From the NCBI GenBank assembly GCA_964445575.1, contig CAYULB010000003.1:12343-76342 (forward strand): a stretch of 64,000 nucleotides of DNA. The letters run 5' to 3'. This DNA comes from an uncultured Eubacteriales bacterium. Its GTDB lineage: Bacteria; Acidobacteriota; Aminicenantia; Aminicenantales; Aminicenantaceae. Each line of letters begins with the position of its first letter. The first letter of the stretch is position 1. The position numbers and the translations under genes were made by a program. Shown here one piece after another: positions 1-9,329 of this stretch. Under the pieces are notes generated by a model. That model was not told the DNA's origin and ran no database searches. It saw only the letters and a program-made list of their open reading frames with translations.

Positions 1-150
1 TTCCACATCCTATTAGCCAATTTTTCTTCGACTTCTTTTTTTTGGGTTCCATTTATTCTCTCTAAGAAGATTTCCTTCCAATCAAAACTATCACAGTCAC
101 ATAATCCAGTCAATAAACCGCCTGACTTGATTGATATCTTTATCAGGTTC

Positions 151-534
151 TTATGAGAAATAAACCCCTTTCTTCCTCACATAAAAAAATTTAAAAACAA
201 AAAATCCCAGAACAATTCCAGCAACATCTGCAGCCAAATCCCATGCTTCCATTGATCGGAGCGGAACAAAGAATTGATGAATTTCATCCAAAATTGCCAG
301 AATGATACCGCTTATTGCCACCAAAAAGAATTTAGACCTAAAAGAAAGGTTAAACATGAAAAAACCCAAAGAGAGTAGAAAACCCAATCCTGCGAATTCT
401 ATCAAGTGAATTATTTTATCAAAAAAAAGTATATCCACCTTGACTTGGTAATTTTTTGAAGACAGAAAAAAAATCAGAGCATAATAAAAAGCTGAAGGCA
501 AGAAAAAAAGAAATTTTTTGATAGGACGACTCAT
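151..534 (-). CDS. VanZ-like family small membrane protein
   Basis: 127 aa, about 4 hydrophobic helices. Motif ILAILDEIHQFFVPLR...DLAADVAGIVLG resembles the VanZ-family DE.HQ...R...D..G signature. Confidence 0.45.
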   Translation of the reverse strand: MSRPIKKFLFFLPSAFYYALIFFLSSKNYQVKVDILFFDKIIHLIEFAGLGFLLSLGFFMFNLSFRSKFFLVAISGIILAILDEIHQFFVPLRSMEAWDLAADVAGIVLGFFVFKFFYVRKKGVYFS

Positions 535-728
535 TTTTTTAAAAAAAGAAATTTTTATGTTGATGTTAATTTTTAATCCCCTTAATTGTCAATCATATTT
601 TGTTCTGTCTGGTCAACACTCATAGTTTTTTTGACTTTATGTCACTGAATGTGATAAAAATTGTTTCTATTTTCTTAAAGTCAATTTGACCCAAGACTGC
701 AAAAAGACTTATAGCGGAAAAAAGAGAT

Positions 729-1457
729 ATGGATTTTCCTTTAACTTTATTTGAATCCTTAACAGCCTTTGTTATAGCCACTTGTGGTGCAGTCCTTCAG
801 GGTTCTCTTGGATTTGGTCTTGGGCTTATAGGGGTTCCTCTGCTGGTGATATTAAATCCAATTTTTGTACCAGGCCCTGTTCTGTTATCTGCGCTCTGCC
901 TTACCATTCTTATGACCGTAAGAGAACGATACGCGATTCGTCTTAAAGAAATCACCTGGGCTGTGGCAGGCAGAGTTTGTGGTGCAGCCTTAGGTTCCTT
1001 TCTTTTAACCCAGGTGCCCCAAAAAAACATATCCTTGCTTTTTGGCTTTATGATCCTGCTGGCTGTTATTATCGGTATTTCAGGGATAAAACTGAAACTA
1101 AAGCCGACAAATCTTCTTGGAGCAGGCACTGCTTCAGGATTAATGGGAACAACCTCAGCCATAGGCGGGGCTCCTATGGCTCTTATTTACCAATATCAAA
1201 AAGGACCAAAAATAAGAGGTTCGCTTTCTGCTATCTTCATTTTTGGAACAATAATATCATTATTGTCATTGGTCATAATCGGTCGCTTTGGGATGAAAGA
1301 AATCTATTCCAGCTTTGCACTCATTCCTGGTATTCTAGTGGGATTTTTTATCTCAAAAAAATCTTCTAAATTCCTGGACAAGGGACTCATTAGACCAGCT
1401 GTGCTGGCTGCCTCAGCATTATCTGGAGCTATTGTGATCATAAAAAATATATTTTAG
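729..1457 (+). CDS. TSUP (TauE/SafE, DUF81) family membrane transporter
   Basis: 242 aa polytopic, glycine-rich helices (GFGLGLIGVPLL, GAGTASGLMGT). Internal twofold repeat typical of sulfite/anion exporter TauE/SafE. Confidence 0.6.
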   Translation: MDFPLTLFESLTAFVIATCGAVLQGSLGFGLGLIGVPLLVILNPIFVPGPVLLSALCLTILMTVRERYAIRLKEITWAVAGRVCGAALGSFLLTQVPQKNISLLFGFMILLAVIIGISGIKLKLKPTNLLGAGTASGLMGTTSAIGGAPMALIYQYQKGPKIRGSLSAIFIFGTIISLLSLVIIGRFGMKEIYSSFALIPGILVGFFISKKSSKFLDKGLIRPAVLAASALSGAIVIIKNIF

Positions 1458-1675
1458 ATATTTTCTCTACTACAAAGTCAATTTGTTTAAAATAGAACTT
1501 GACTTTTCCACACTAAAACCTTATCTTGTGTTTGTATTAGTTATTAATTGATAATAATTCTTTTTAATAGAAAAGAAGGCGAGCCAAACAACCTTTTATC
1601 TTGATTTAACTATAAATTTACCTGCAACAAAATCAAGACTTAAATCGTTATTATAAAAGCAGGTAAAGGAAAAAA

Positions 1676-2980
1676 ATGGCTAATCAAAATAAAATGAAAA
1701 AAACAAAATATATTTCTTCTGGACAGCTTGAAACCACAGATTCAATAAAGCTGTACATGAAAGAAATGGGTAATATTTTGCTTCTTTCTCGGGATGAGGA
1801 AATTGCTATAGCAAGAAGAATTGAAAAAGGCGAGAAAATCATTATCAATGCTCTTTCAAAAACGAATCTCACTCTTACAGAAATTCATGAAATAGAAAAT
1901 AATATAAAAGAAGAGCCAGAGAATATATTCAGATATCTTGATATTAATGCAGGGAATAAATCTGAAAAAGACACAAAAGGATTACAGCCTAAAGCTGAAA
2001 AAATATTCGATCAAATCAGAAATCTGGAAGAAAAGCTTCAACAAAAGAACCAAGCTAAAGAATCGATTTTTTCTTTGGGTAGAACGGTATTAGAAATAAG
2101 AAACCAAATAAAAAAACTAGGTTTAAAAGAAAATATAAAGGAAAATATTCTGAATTCAGTCTACAGAAGGCTTGTATCTATTTCTTCTAATGAACCGGAT
2201 CTCAAACAAAAAAAAGCAGAATATTCAATTAAGGATATAGACAGAGGAAAGAAAATCAAAGAAGAGGCTAAAAATAAATTGGTTGCTGCTAATTTAAGAC
2301 TTGTGATATCCATAGCAAAAAAATATCAAAACCGCGGGCTTTCTTTATTGGATCTCATTCAGGAAGGAAATCTCGGCCTTATACGTGCCGTAGAAAAATT
2401 TGACTACAGAAAAGGATATAAGTTTTCTACTTATGCAACATGGTGGATCAGGCAAGCCGTTACAAGGGCTATAGCTGACCAGTCCCGCACTATCAGATTA
2501 CCAGTCCATGTTACTGAACAGCTCCAGAAAATAAAAAAAATCACCAAGTCGTTTGTCAATGAAACAGGAAGGGAGCCCACTGTTGAAGAACTTTCAAAAA
2601 AAATAAGAATTCCAGCTGAACGAATCAGAAACTTAATCAAAAACACCCAGGATTCTGTCTCTATCCAAACTCCAGTGGGAGAAAACGAAAATGAAGTCGG
2701 TGATTTCATTGAAGACAAAGAAATCCCATCTCCCCCTGATACAGTCATTCACATTAACCTTAAGGAACTCCTTCAAGATGCCTTCAAACTTTTATCAGAA
2801 AGAGAGACAAAAGTTTTAAACTTAAGGTTTGGACTTAACAATGAAAGACCCCACACTCTTGAAGAAGTAGGTCAGAAATTCAATGTTACAAGAGAACGAA
2901 TAAGACAAATCGAAGCAAAGGCTCTAAAAAAAATCAAAAGCAATCCCATGAGCAGCAACCTTCGAATCTTTGCTAATTAA
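1676..2980 (+). CDS. rpoD: RNA polymerase primary sigma factor (sigma-70, RpoD)
   Basis: Region 2 motifs [36 protein letters not shown] and [16 protein letters not shown]. Region 4 [27 protein letters not shown]. Good RBS (aaaggaaaaaaATG). Confidence 0.92.
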   Translation: MANQNKMKKTKYISSGQLETTDSIKLYMKEMGNILLLSRDEEIAIARRIEKGEKIIINALSKTNLTLTEIHEIENNIKEEPENIFRYLDINAGNKSEKDTKGLQPKAEKIFDQIRNLEEKLQQKNQAKESIFSLGRTVLEIRNQIKKLGLKENIKENILNSVYRRLVSISSNEPDLKQKKAEYSIKDIDRGKKIKEEAKNKLVAANLRLVISIAKKYQNRGLSLLDLIQEGNLGLIRAVEKFDYRKGYKFSTYATWWIRQAVTRAIADQSRTIRLPVHVTEQLQKIKKITKSFVNETGREPTVEELSKKIRIPAERIRNLIKNTQDSVSIQTPVGENENEVGDFIEDKEIPSPPDTVIHINLKELLQDAFKLLSERETKVLNLRFGLNNERPHTLEEVGQKFNVTRERIRQIEAKALKKIKSNPMSSNLRIFAN

Positions 2981-3136
2981 CCTGTATTATTCATAACTCA
3001 CCTTTCTCCCTTTTCCTTTTCCCCTTTGTATTTTACAAATAACTCAGCCTAAGAATATCACCTTTTCCCTATAAATAATTTAGGTTGCTTGACTCCAGGG
3101 AAATCATAAATGTAGAATTTACCAAAGGAGCTTTAA

Positions 3137-4561
3137 ATGCAGACACAAATCGTTTTTGCTTTCTTGGTTATGATTGGAGCATACACCGTTGCAAAATGGA
3201 GAAAACTTTCTGTTGAGATCAGCATGTTTCTGGCTGCTGTTGCCGGAGGAATATTCGGAGCCTTCTCAAACACCCCCCCCATAAGTCAGCTGGCAAGACA
3301 TCTGGTGGAAGGTTCATTTACTTATTTAGACGTTATACTGATATTTGTCACTGCAACCATATTCATGGCGATCATCTCTGAATCAGGGGGAGTCAATTAT
3401 GTGGTTAAAAACACTCTTAGATACTTTTCCAACAAACGCCTCATTGTTCTTATGCTGTTGATGGTCATAACACTTATTCCTGGTGCCCTCACTGGAGCAG
3501 GGAGTGTATCTCTCCTGGTAGTGGGAGCCCCTGTTGCCATGGCTCTCAGGTATCTAGGAATTAAGCAAACAAAAGTAGCTGCTATTCTGTTTATCATTGC
3601 TGGCCTGAGCGCAGCAGCCCCTCCTGTTAACATATGGGCCATGATATTATCTGCGGGAACAGCTATCCCCTACGTGGGCTTTGAACTGCCTCTCGGGATC
3701 CCGGTCCTCATATTGGGGACTTTTACTATTTTAGTCTTGGGCTGGAAAAAAGAAGAAGAGTCAGACCTTGAATCTGCTTTGAATCAGATGCCCCAGGTTC
3801 CCAAAGGAATGAAATGGTGGAAAGTCCTTGTCCCCTTTCTGATTTTCTTTGGTTTGGTGATCGCCTTGAGGATTTGGCCCTTTACTCTTCCTGTAATGGG
3901 GCTTCCTTTACTGTTTGTCATCTCTGCACTTTTCGCTCTTATCCTCAGCCCTAAAAAGATCAATATCCTTAGATTATCCAGAGACACAGTTAAAAAACTG
4001 ACTCCGCTGCTCGCTACAATGATCGCTGTGGGGATGCTCCAGCAGATCATGACAGCCACGGGAGTTAGAGGTCTTATTTCGTTCACAGTCATAAACACTC
4101 CTTTGATCATACTATTCCTATCCTTGACTGTGATCATACCTGTTTCTGAGGGAGTTTTCACCTATGGAGGCGCTGCCATTATCGGAATCCCCTTGGTATG
4201 GTTTCTTGATTCCATTGGACTGCATGCTACGGTAGTTATTGCCGGCCTAAGCTTACTCTGGCCGCTCGGAGACGGGCTGCCCCCCACCGCTCTTATCGGA
4301 AGGCTGAGTGTCATGGTCTCTGATTATAAAGGAAAATATTATAATTTTCTTAAATTCACATGGCTTCCTTGGATAGTGATCACCGCTGCTGGCATTCTCT
4401 CTATCATATTCAGCACTAAACTCTATGCATTCTATGAATCTCTTTCATCAGCCATAAGCAACCATATCTTTTATATATTGGGAATCTCAATATTAGGAAG
4501 CGTTTTTAGAGTCATTTGGGGTCTTTTGGCATCAAGAAAAAAAAGAAATCATGTGGGTTAA
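3137..4561 (+). CDS. Polytopic membrane protein, putative transporter (ion-transporter/TctA-like permease superfamily)
   Basis: 474 aa, >10 hydrophobic segments, no soluble domains. Family not assignable by eye. Confidence 0.4.
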   Translation: MQTQIVFAFLVMIGAYTVAKWRKLSVEISMFLAAVAGGIFGAFSNTPPISQLARHLVEGSFTYLDVILIFVTATIFMAIISESGGVNYVVKNTLRYFSNKRLIVLMLLMVITLIPGALTGAGSVSLLVVGAPVAMALRYLGIKQTKVAAILFIIAGLSAAAPPVNIWAMILSAGTAIPYVGFELPLGIPVLILGTFTILVLGWKKEEESDLESALNQMPQVPKGMKWWKVLVPFLIFFGLVIALRIWPFTLPVMGLPLLFVISALFALILSPKKINILRLSRDTVKKLTPLLATMIAVGMLQQIMTATGVRGLISFTVINTPLIILFLSLTVIIPVSEGVFTYGGAAIIGIPLVWFLDSIGLHATVVIAGLSLLWPLGDGLPPTALIGRLSVMVSDYKGKYYNFLKFTWLPWIVITAAGILSIIFSTKLYAFYESLSSAISNHIFYILGISILGSVFRVIWGLLASRKKRNHVG

Positions 4562-4611
4562 TGGGTACTAAACAAAAAAAATGAATCAACTCAAAGAGGG
4601 AGAATAAATAA

Positions 4612-4767
4612 ATGTATTTGATAATGTTTTTTTATTACTTAATCTGCGCTTATTTATTGGTCATGCTTATCTGGAACTTCATTCGAGAAAAACAAAGTGT
4701 GGATCAAATGCTTCAGTACGTTTTGATAATGATTCCTTTGATATTGAGACTCTTTCGAGCCAAATAA
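4612..4767 (+). CDS. Unannotated small membrane protein (51 aa, two predicted TM helices)
   Basis: ATG preceded by AGAGGGAG RBS. MYLIMFFYYLICAYLLVMLIWNFIREKQSVDQMLQYVLIMIPLILRLFRAK. Sits 16 nt upstream of the next gene. Below the 60-aa ORF-track cutoff. Confidence 0.3.
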   Translation: MYLIMFFYYLICAYLLVMLIWNFIREKQSVDQMLQYVLIMIPLILRLFRAK

Positions 4768-4783
4768 TTTTGGGAGAAATAAA

Positions 4784-5947
4784 ATGTCACGTCAGATAAT
4801 TTATAAAACAGCCATAATTTTCATAATCGGAATCATAACTCTAACCGGAGGTCTCCAGCTGTACCAACACCGTCATTTTCAAACCCCCATTGTAGCGGGA
4901 CCCGGTGTTACCCAGGTAAAAAAGCTGAGTGAATATAGTCCTGATCTCAAAGGGACTATGACTGATACAAATATTTTTTTTCTTGAAGGCAAAAATCCAG
5001 GAGGAAAAATGCTGGTCATAGCAAACACCCATTCTAATGAACCGGCAGCTCTCCTGAGTTCTCTTATCTTTGTGGAAAATTCAATCGTAGAAAAAGGAAC
5101 TGTCATCATCATCCCCCAATTTAACAACAGCGGAGGCCGGAATACCCGCTCCGGTGATGGATATCCTCTTTATTTTCATATCAAAACTCAGTGGGGAAAT
5201 AAAAAATTCCGCATGGGCAACCGGGTGGCTTCACCCTTAGACCAATGGCCGGATCCGGATGTTTATGTCCATTATCCAGATAGACAGCTCCTCTCTTACT
5301 TAGATATTAGAAACACCAACCGCACCTGGCCGGGTAGACCAAACGGTGCCCTTATGGAAAAAGTAACCTTTGCCTGTATGGAACTTATTAGAAAAGAAAA
5401 CATTGACCTGGTCATAGATATCCATGGTGCAGAAACCATGTTTCCTGTTACAAATTGTATTGTGGCCCCTGAAAAATCTATGAGGATTGCTACCATGACA
5501 TCATTAACACTCAAAGCAAGAGAAGGATTTGATAATCATGTGGAGCCCTCCCCTAGGGGATTTCGAGGATTATCTCATAGAGAGATCGGGGATTTCTCTG
5601 ATGCCCTCCCTTTTCTCCTCGAAGCCCCTATCCCCTTTTTAGATCAGCCCACAGGCCCTAAAACCGTTGATCTTCTCCTAGAGGGAAAAGACCCTTTTCT
5701 TTTAAGGTTATCAAAAAAAGGTATGCTTTTTGTTCCCTATGACGAAAACGGGTGGTCCATGGCGAAACGAGTCGGTCAGCACTGTTCTGCTGTCCTTGAA
5801 ATCGCTGAACAATATTCACAAAAAAATTCGGATAGGGCTATAAAAATTTCTCATGCTCCCCGTTACGCAGAAGTGGTTAAAAATGGAGTTGGATTTTATT
5901 ATAAAGACCCTTCCAAAACAAATAAAAAAAATGTATTTTGTAATTAA
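4784..5947 (+). CDS. AstE/AspA-family (succinylglutamate desuccinylase/aspartoacylase-like) zinc hydrolase, membrane-anchored
   Basis: N-terminal TM helix. GGKMLVIANTHSNEPAA resembles the GG.HGNE zinc-binding motif of the AstE_AspA family. 387 aa. Confidence 0.4.
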   Translation: MSRQIIYKTAIIFIIGIITLTGGLQLYQHRHFQTPIVAGPGVTQVKKLSEYSPDLKGTMTDTNIFFLEGKNPGGKMLVIANTHSNEPAALLSSLIFVENSIVEKGTVIIIPQFNNSGGRNTRSGDGYPLYFHIKTQWGNKKFRMGNRVASPLDQWPDPDVYVHYPDRQLLSYLDIRNTNRTWPGRPNGALMEKVTFACMELIRKENIDLVIDIHGAETMFPVTNCIVAPEKSMRIATMTSLTLKAREGFDNHVEPSPRGFRGLSHREIGDFSDALPFLLEAPIPFLDQPTGPKTVDLLLEGKDPFLLRLSKKGMLFVPYDENGWSMAKRVGQHCSAVLEIAEQYSQKNSDRAIKISHAPRYAEVVKNGVGFYYKDPSKTNKKNVFCN

Positions 5948-6013
5948 GAAATTATTTATCTTTAATCTGAGGCATTCATCAGGAATGTCCAAGATTATAA
6001 AGGAGAAGACAGA

Positions 6014-6691
6014 ATGAACAAAATAAGGCCACTCACTTTATTTTTGTTTGTGGTTGGTTTTCTTTTTACTCTCCACATCGGACTGGTTAATTCTCAAGAG
6101 CTGCCCAAAGCTCAGCTCCCAGTACTCACTACCTCAGCGGGTCAGAGCCCTGATGTAACGACTTTGAATATTGTCTGCGAAGAAGCAGGAATTATGTATG
6201 ATTACGGCGATGTACCTGATGTGAGTATGATAAACGCTGGAGTAGGTCTTGGAGGAAAAGAATCTAAACCTGGTTTTCATGTAGAAATAAACACGGACCT
6301 GGAAAAATTTCCTGAAGGAACGAGTTATAAAACCATCATATTTGCCATCGGAGCCAGTTTGAAAGGAATGGGTGCTTCAGGGCTTACTGTAGAAGATGAA
6401 GTCAAAAGACTGAAAAATATCATTGACTACTGTAAAGAAAATAATATCCTTATCATTGGAATCCATGTAGGAGGAGTCTCCAAAAGAGGGGCTCCTGGGA
6501 GTGACAATGAAAGGATGATCAATGCAGTAGCTCCCTATTCAGACCTTCTTATCGTGACAAAAGAAAGTAATAAAGACGGACGCTTTACTGAGATTTCAGA
6601 AAACCATCAAATACCTTTAAAAGAAATTGACTATGCTCTAAACCTGGTACCTCTGTTGAAAGAAATTTTCAATAATGAGAGTTTTACTTAA
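6014..6691 (+). CDS. Secreted hypothetical protein (signal peptide)
   Basis: N-terminal signal peptide MNKIRPLTLFLFVVGFLFTLHIGLVNSQE. No recognisable catalytic motif. Confidence 0.4.
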   Translation: MNKIRPLTLFLFVVGFLFTLHIGLVNSQELPKAQLPVLTTSAGQSPDVTTLNIVCEEAGIMYDYGDVPDVSMINAGVGLGGKESKPGFHVEINTDLEKFPEGTSYKTIIFAIGASLKGMGASGLTVEDEVKRLKNIIDYCKENNILIIGIHVGGVSKRGAPGSDNERMINAVAPYSDLLIVTKESNKDGRFTEISENHQIPLKEIDYALNLVPLLKEIFNNESFT

Positions 6692-6739
6692 AATAGTTCA
6701 TGTCAAACTGAAAAACCTGTTTTCTATGAATGATTTAAG

Positions 6740-8728
6740 TTAACCGGAAAGACCAAAGGTCTGAAAAGAAAAATTTTTTCTTGTGATTATTTTTAAACAG
6801 GCATCCACCACTTCTGGGTCATACAAATTTGCTTTATTTTTTTTCAATTCATTGATAGGAATCTCTTTTTCTTGAGCAGACCTGTGAGGCCGGCGGGAAG
6901 TCAAGGCTTCGACTATATCAGCTACTGCGATTATCCTTGCCTCAATCAATATCTTATTTCCGGAAAGACCTGAAGGATATCCGGAACCGTTCATCCTCTC
7001 ATGATGTTGAAGGACAATGTCAACCACAGGCCAAGGAAAATTTATATTTTTTAGTATATCATATCCTGCCTTGGGGTGACCTTCAACAATCATGCGCTCT
7101 GCCTCCGACAGTTTATCAGGTTTGCTCAGGATCTCTGCTGGAATACTTATTTTCCCTATATCATGAATACTTGCAGCCACTTTTAATCCTGATATTTTTT
7201 CCTCGTCAAGGCCCACCTCTTCAGCAATAGCACAGGCAAGTCTGGTCACTCTCTGCATGTGGCCGGCTGTATAGGGGTCTTTGAGCTCCACACTGAAAGC
7301 TAAAGCTTTAACAATCTCATCTATAATTTCTTTTAATGATTCGTATTCTTCTCTCACATCTTTCCCCACTCTTTCTCTTTCTGTAATATCTCTTATACCC
7401 AACACTTCAAGCCGCTCATTCTCATCAAAAATAGTCTTTGTTAAAATCTCAACAGGAACCACCTCTCCGCTTTTTTTAATTCCCTTAGATTCAATAGGCC
7501 TGGACTTAGAATCATCTATGTTTTCTTCAATGACTTTTTTTTCACCAGAATCAAAAAAAACTGACCAGTCTTTTCCTATGTATTCTGAAGGCCTGTATTC
7601 AAACAAAGAACTGGCTGCATGATTGGCATCTATTATTTTTCTATCCTTTAAAATGACAATGGCTTCAAATCCTGCCTTGGCTAAAAAGCAAAATCTATCA
7701 CTGGCCTTTCTTTCACTATCACTCAACTTTTTCTTTTCGATGATAGAGCCTATTTTTTGTGCTATTTCCATTAATAACCGCCCATCATTTTCTGCCCAAT
7801 TTCCTTGTTTGGATATCCACTCCACACCCAAAAATCCAGTCAGCTTATCTTTTGAATAAATAGGGACAGCCAGAAAAGATAAAGTCTCTTCATCTATGCA
7901 AAATCCATAAATAGATTTTTGTTTTTTTTCCATTTCTGTGGTTTTTTTAATCTGAACAGGCTGTTTATTGATAAATTTTTCTATCATCCACGAAAATTTA
8001 TCTAGAGGCATGTTTTTCCTGTTATCAATCCGGGATTCAATTCCTTTTCTTTGCCGCTCATAGAAACAGTTAACCAAATCGTTTTTTTCATCAAACAAAA
8101 AAATCCCATTTCTTTCCGCATCTAGTTCATTCCCTATTTCTATTAATATCTGGTTTAAAGAGGCCTCCAAGTCGTTAAATTCAGTTAAATGAAATAAAAT
8201 TTTTGATAAAAACTTCTCATATTTAAGTTTCTGATTCAAATCAATATTAGATTTCTTTTTCTCAGTTTCATCTTGGATAGTAACCATAACTCCGTCGATG
8301 GAGCCATCTTTATGAAAAAGAGGAGAGAAGGTGTTTTTTAAAAAAAATCTCTTTCCTTCCTCATCTTCATATATAGCGTCAAAGAAGCTTCTTTTTTGGG
8401 AATCAAGACAGTTTCTTATCCCCTTTGATATTCCTGATTTAACAAAATCAGGGTGATTCCAAACCTCCATTTTTTCAGGTTCCTGGGATGGATCTATCCT
8501 GAGGATCTTATGTGCTGATTTATTCATAAAATTGATTTTCCCCTGAATATCTACAGACAATACCCCTATAGAAAGGTCTCCTAATAATTTTAAGAGGTGA
8601 AACTTTTGTTCTTTTAATATCTGTTCTTTTTGAGTTCTCTCCATTTCCTCTTCTTCTATTTCTGATAATTGTTTTCGAACTCTGTCTAAATCCCTTAAAA
8701 ACCTTGTTTTTTTCTCCTCTTCGTTCAT
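6740..8728 (-). CDS. HD-GYP domain c-di-GMP phosphodiesterase with N-terminal coiled-coil, PAS and GAF sensor domains
   Basis: HD motif SIHDIGKISIP and HHERMNGSGYP (HD-GYP signature) at the C-terminus. PAS-like and GAF-like regions upstream. Confidence 0.85.
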   Translation of the reverse strand: MNEEEKKTRFLRDLDRVRKQLSEIEEEEMERTQKEQILKEQKFHLLKLLGDLSIGVLSVDIQGKINFMNKSAHKILRIDPSQEPEKMEVWNHPDFVKSGISKGIRNCLDSQKRSFFDAIYEDEEGKRFFLKNTFSPLFHKDGSIDGVMVTIQDETEKKKSNIDLNQKLKYEKFLSKILFHLTEFNDLEASLNQILIEIGNELDAERNGIFLFDEKNDLVNCFYERQRKGIESRIDNRKNMPLDKFSWMIEKFINKQPVQIKKTTEMEKKQKSIYGFCIDEETLSFLAVPIYSKDKLTGFLGVEWISKQGNWAENDGRLLMEIAQKIGSIIEKKKLSDSERKASDRFCFLAKAGFEAIVILKDRKIIDANHAASSLFEYRPSEYIGKDWSVFFDSGEKKVIEENIDDSKSRPIESKGIKKSGEVVPVEILTKTIFDENERLEVLGIRDITERERVGKDVREEYESLKEIIDEIVKALAFSVELKDPYTAGHMQRVTRLACAIAEEVGLDEEKISGLKVAASIHDIGKISIPAEILSKPDKLSEAERMIVEGHPKAGYDILKNINFPWPVVDIVLQHHERMNGSGYPSGLSGNKILIEARIIAVADIVEALTSRRPHRSAQEKEIPINELKKNKANLYDPEVVDACLKIITRKNFSFQTFGLSG

Positions 8729-8942
8729 TTTTAAATCCTTTTTTTATATTAAAAGTAGATTACATTCTGATATCAGCTGCTGTTAAGTTGACTCAGTTCC
8801 CAGTTTATTCCTGTTTGCTTCATATCTTTTATAATATCTCATTTTTATTCTGTCAAATGCAATCGCCTTTTAAGATGATTCGGGGGGTGAAATAAATTTT
8901 GACAACAAGCGGATTTATACCGGAGTCAAAAACAATTTAAGA

Positions 8943-9224
8943 ATGGATATCTCCGGAGACTGGAGAAGGCCCCGATACACTTATGAAGCAGGAAAAATTC
9001 AATTCGGTCCCATAGAAACCAATGGAGACTTTGTATTCGCTGCTGAACACAATTCAAATTTGGATTATACCATAGTCAATCTGACAAAAGCTCTTTATTT
9101 AAGCCAGGTACTTATAGATGTCAAGCCAAACAGATTCGGACTTCCCTTTGATGGAAGCGAAGATAAAGCTGGAAAGGGCAAACTGAGATACTGGAAAGAC
9201 TCTGCTCAGATCAATAAGCAATGA
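8943..9224 (+). CDS. Hypothetical small protein
   Basis: 93-aa ORF in the divergent intergenic region. No motif recognised. Could be a fragment. Confidence 0.2.
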   Translation: MDISGDWRRPRYTYEAGKIQFGPIETNGDFVFAAEHNSNLDYTIVNLTKALYLSQVLIDVKPNRFGLPFDGSEDKAGKGKLRYWKDSAQINKQ

Positions 9225-9329
9225 TAACCGCAGCTCAAAATTAAGGTGCATTTTTTCAATTCACCACTTATTCAATATATGATATAAAGAGAGTTAAAAA
9301 ACTTCATGAATTCTAAAAGGGAGTAAAAA

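Noticed and set aside
1-147. Possible partial minus-strand ORF running off the left edge (…GLCDCDSFDWKEIFLERINGTQKKEVEEKL…)
   Set aside because: The frame is open, but no start codon or RBS could be confirmed and no motif recognised. It is too short to call.
797-1369. ORFs 797..1162(-) and 977..1369(+) inside the TSUP transporter gene
   Set aside because: They overlap a well-supported membrane-protein ORF in other frames. They are compositionally odd (Pro/Arg-rich) with no motifs, so they are shadow ORFs.
6692-6740. Weak hairpin AGACCaaaGGTCT between convergent genes as a terminator
   Set aside because: The stem is only 5 bp with a 3-nt loop and no clean T-run. It is too weak to call.
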